A stretch of DNA of 64,000 nt, from IMG/VR virus record IMGVR_UViG_3300025423_000009, positions 1 through 64,000 of that record; one strand, written 5' to 3'. The number at the start of each line of letters is the position of its first letter. The first letter of the stretch is position 1. The notes under the pieces were generated by a model that made no database searches, was not told where the DNA came from, and saw nothing but the letters and a program-made list of their open reading frames with translations. Of the stretch, positions 62,970-64,000 are shown one piece after another. The DNA comes from a virus. A program made the translations under genes and the position numbers.

Positions 62970-63920
62970 TTATCTAGACGCTCCACGAAGTGCAAAGGAA
63001 ATGGCTCGCGCGGCCTCGGTCTCCATGCCTCGATTCTTATACCACGATCCGGTATCTCGATCGAGCTCACGACATAGATCGGCGATCTCTCTTGCCGTGA
63101 TTGGATATCCGCGACGAATCGCCGTGGCGGCAATCGAGGACATGACCTGATACATCTTCAAGTACCAGCCGGTCGACGAGATCGATCGATACTGATTGAT
63201 GAGCTCGCGCTTTACGAACGGACAGTTACGGTATGATGTCCACGAATACTTATGACCATTGGTCAATTGACTTCTCTGATGCTTCTCGATGGCCTTCTGC
63301 ACGTGTTCTGGCAGATTGTCGAGGATTCCAGTGGAATGCTTCTCGACATATGGCCATCGGCTCATGAGTTCATATGGATTCAAAGCCGGACCCTTATTCG
63401 AGAAGATGAAGTTGTACGCGTTTGGATACTGAGCCGGAACATAGTACATGCGACTGAGATCCTTGGTCTGCGGATCGGCCAGGGACTTAAACTCCTTGTT
63501 CAGCGCATACCAGAAGTGCCTGATCTTATCGGCCGAAATCGCACAAGTTAACTCGAGGACGACTCGAAACTTCGGATGCTCCTTCTTCGAAGAGGCCGAC
63601 GAGTAGATCACGGAGCGATAGAGCGAAAACGCTTTCACGGCATCGTCATAGCCACCGACTGGATACTCATCGACGTCGATGGCCGCCCATTTGGCCCAGC
63701 AGTCGACGTTGGCGTTAGATCTAGTGGTACCTGGCTTGAAGATCGCCGGAGTGATCAGAGGAGACGCATCCTTGCAGAATCTTTCTTCCTTCTTGGGCTT
63801 GTATCCGGGGACTCTGGACAGCTCATATAAAAGCGACTCAAGCTCGTCAAAGGAATCGAATTCCATTCGACGATGAGTCTTGTTATCGAAGATCGACTTG
63901 AATATAGTCAAAGCTATCAT
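62970..63920 (-). CDS. AEP primase-polymerase-like protein (conserved in T4-like phages)
   Basis: P...PA.F, R.NANV, AIDVD (DxD), PKFRVV, DLSRMYYVP; early promoter at 63930-63975. Confidence 0.7.
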   Translation of the reverse strand: MIALTIFKSIFDNKTHRRMEFDSFDELESLLYELSRVPGYKPKKEERFCKDASPLITPAIFKPGTTRSNANVDCWAKWAAIDVDEYPVGGYDDAVKAFSLYRSVIYSSASSKKEHPKFRVVLELTCAISADKIRHFWYALNKEFKSLADPQTKDLSRMYYVPAQYPNAYNFIFSNKGPALNPYELMSRWPYVEKHSTGILDNLPEHVQKAIEKHQRSQLTNGHKYSWTSYRNCPFVKRELINQYRSISSTGWYLKMYQVMSSIAATAIRRGYPITAREIADLCRELDRDTGSWYKNRGMETEAARAISFALRGASR

Positions 63921-64000
63921 GATGAAGTATGAGCATCATACCATGAAGCTCGGCAAACGTAAACGTTTATTTTTCGTATGCCTTCGAAATGATTCCATGA

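Noticed and set aside
1217-63876. Most plus-strand ORFs in the supplied track outside 3109-7163 and the three plus-strand HEGs
   Set aside because: Antisense shadows of well-supported minus-strand genes with no recognisable motifs.
1-64000. Stop-codon reassignment
   Set aside because: Core genes are full length under the standard code and no suppressor tRNA is present.

Overview
A 64-kb segment of a large T4-like (Tevenviridae/Kyanoviridae-style) myophage genome with standard genetic code and no CRISPR array. From left to right: (1) baseplate/tail genes (gp27-like hub fragment, gp53, gp48, gp4, gp54-like, gp26, gp51, tape-measure-like protein); (2) gp32, gp59, gp33 and DNA ligase; (3) an early accessory region (ClpP, exonuclease, DenV-like protein, small ORFs, tRNA-Thr, a tRNA-like RNA); (4) a class Id-like ribonucleotide reductase (nrdB-HNH-nrdA); (5) a late block of probable head-packaged proteins with N-terminal capsid-targeting-like tags; (6) a DfrB-type DHFR, gp41 helicase, gp40-like protein and UvsX; (7) a DNA-modification cluster built around a T4 gp42-type dCMP hydroxymethylase; (8) tRNAs with neighbouring structured non-coding segments; (9) a glycan-synthesis cluster and an AEP primase-like gene. 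Strongest leads: a probable novel cytosine hypermodification pathway; a covarying 30-31-nt RNA hairpin that follows a late promoter upstream of all four homing endonuclease genes; and a probable -1 programmed frameshift fusing gp26 to gp51 just upstream of the tape measure gene. All family assignments come from motif recognition, not database searches.
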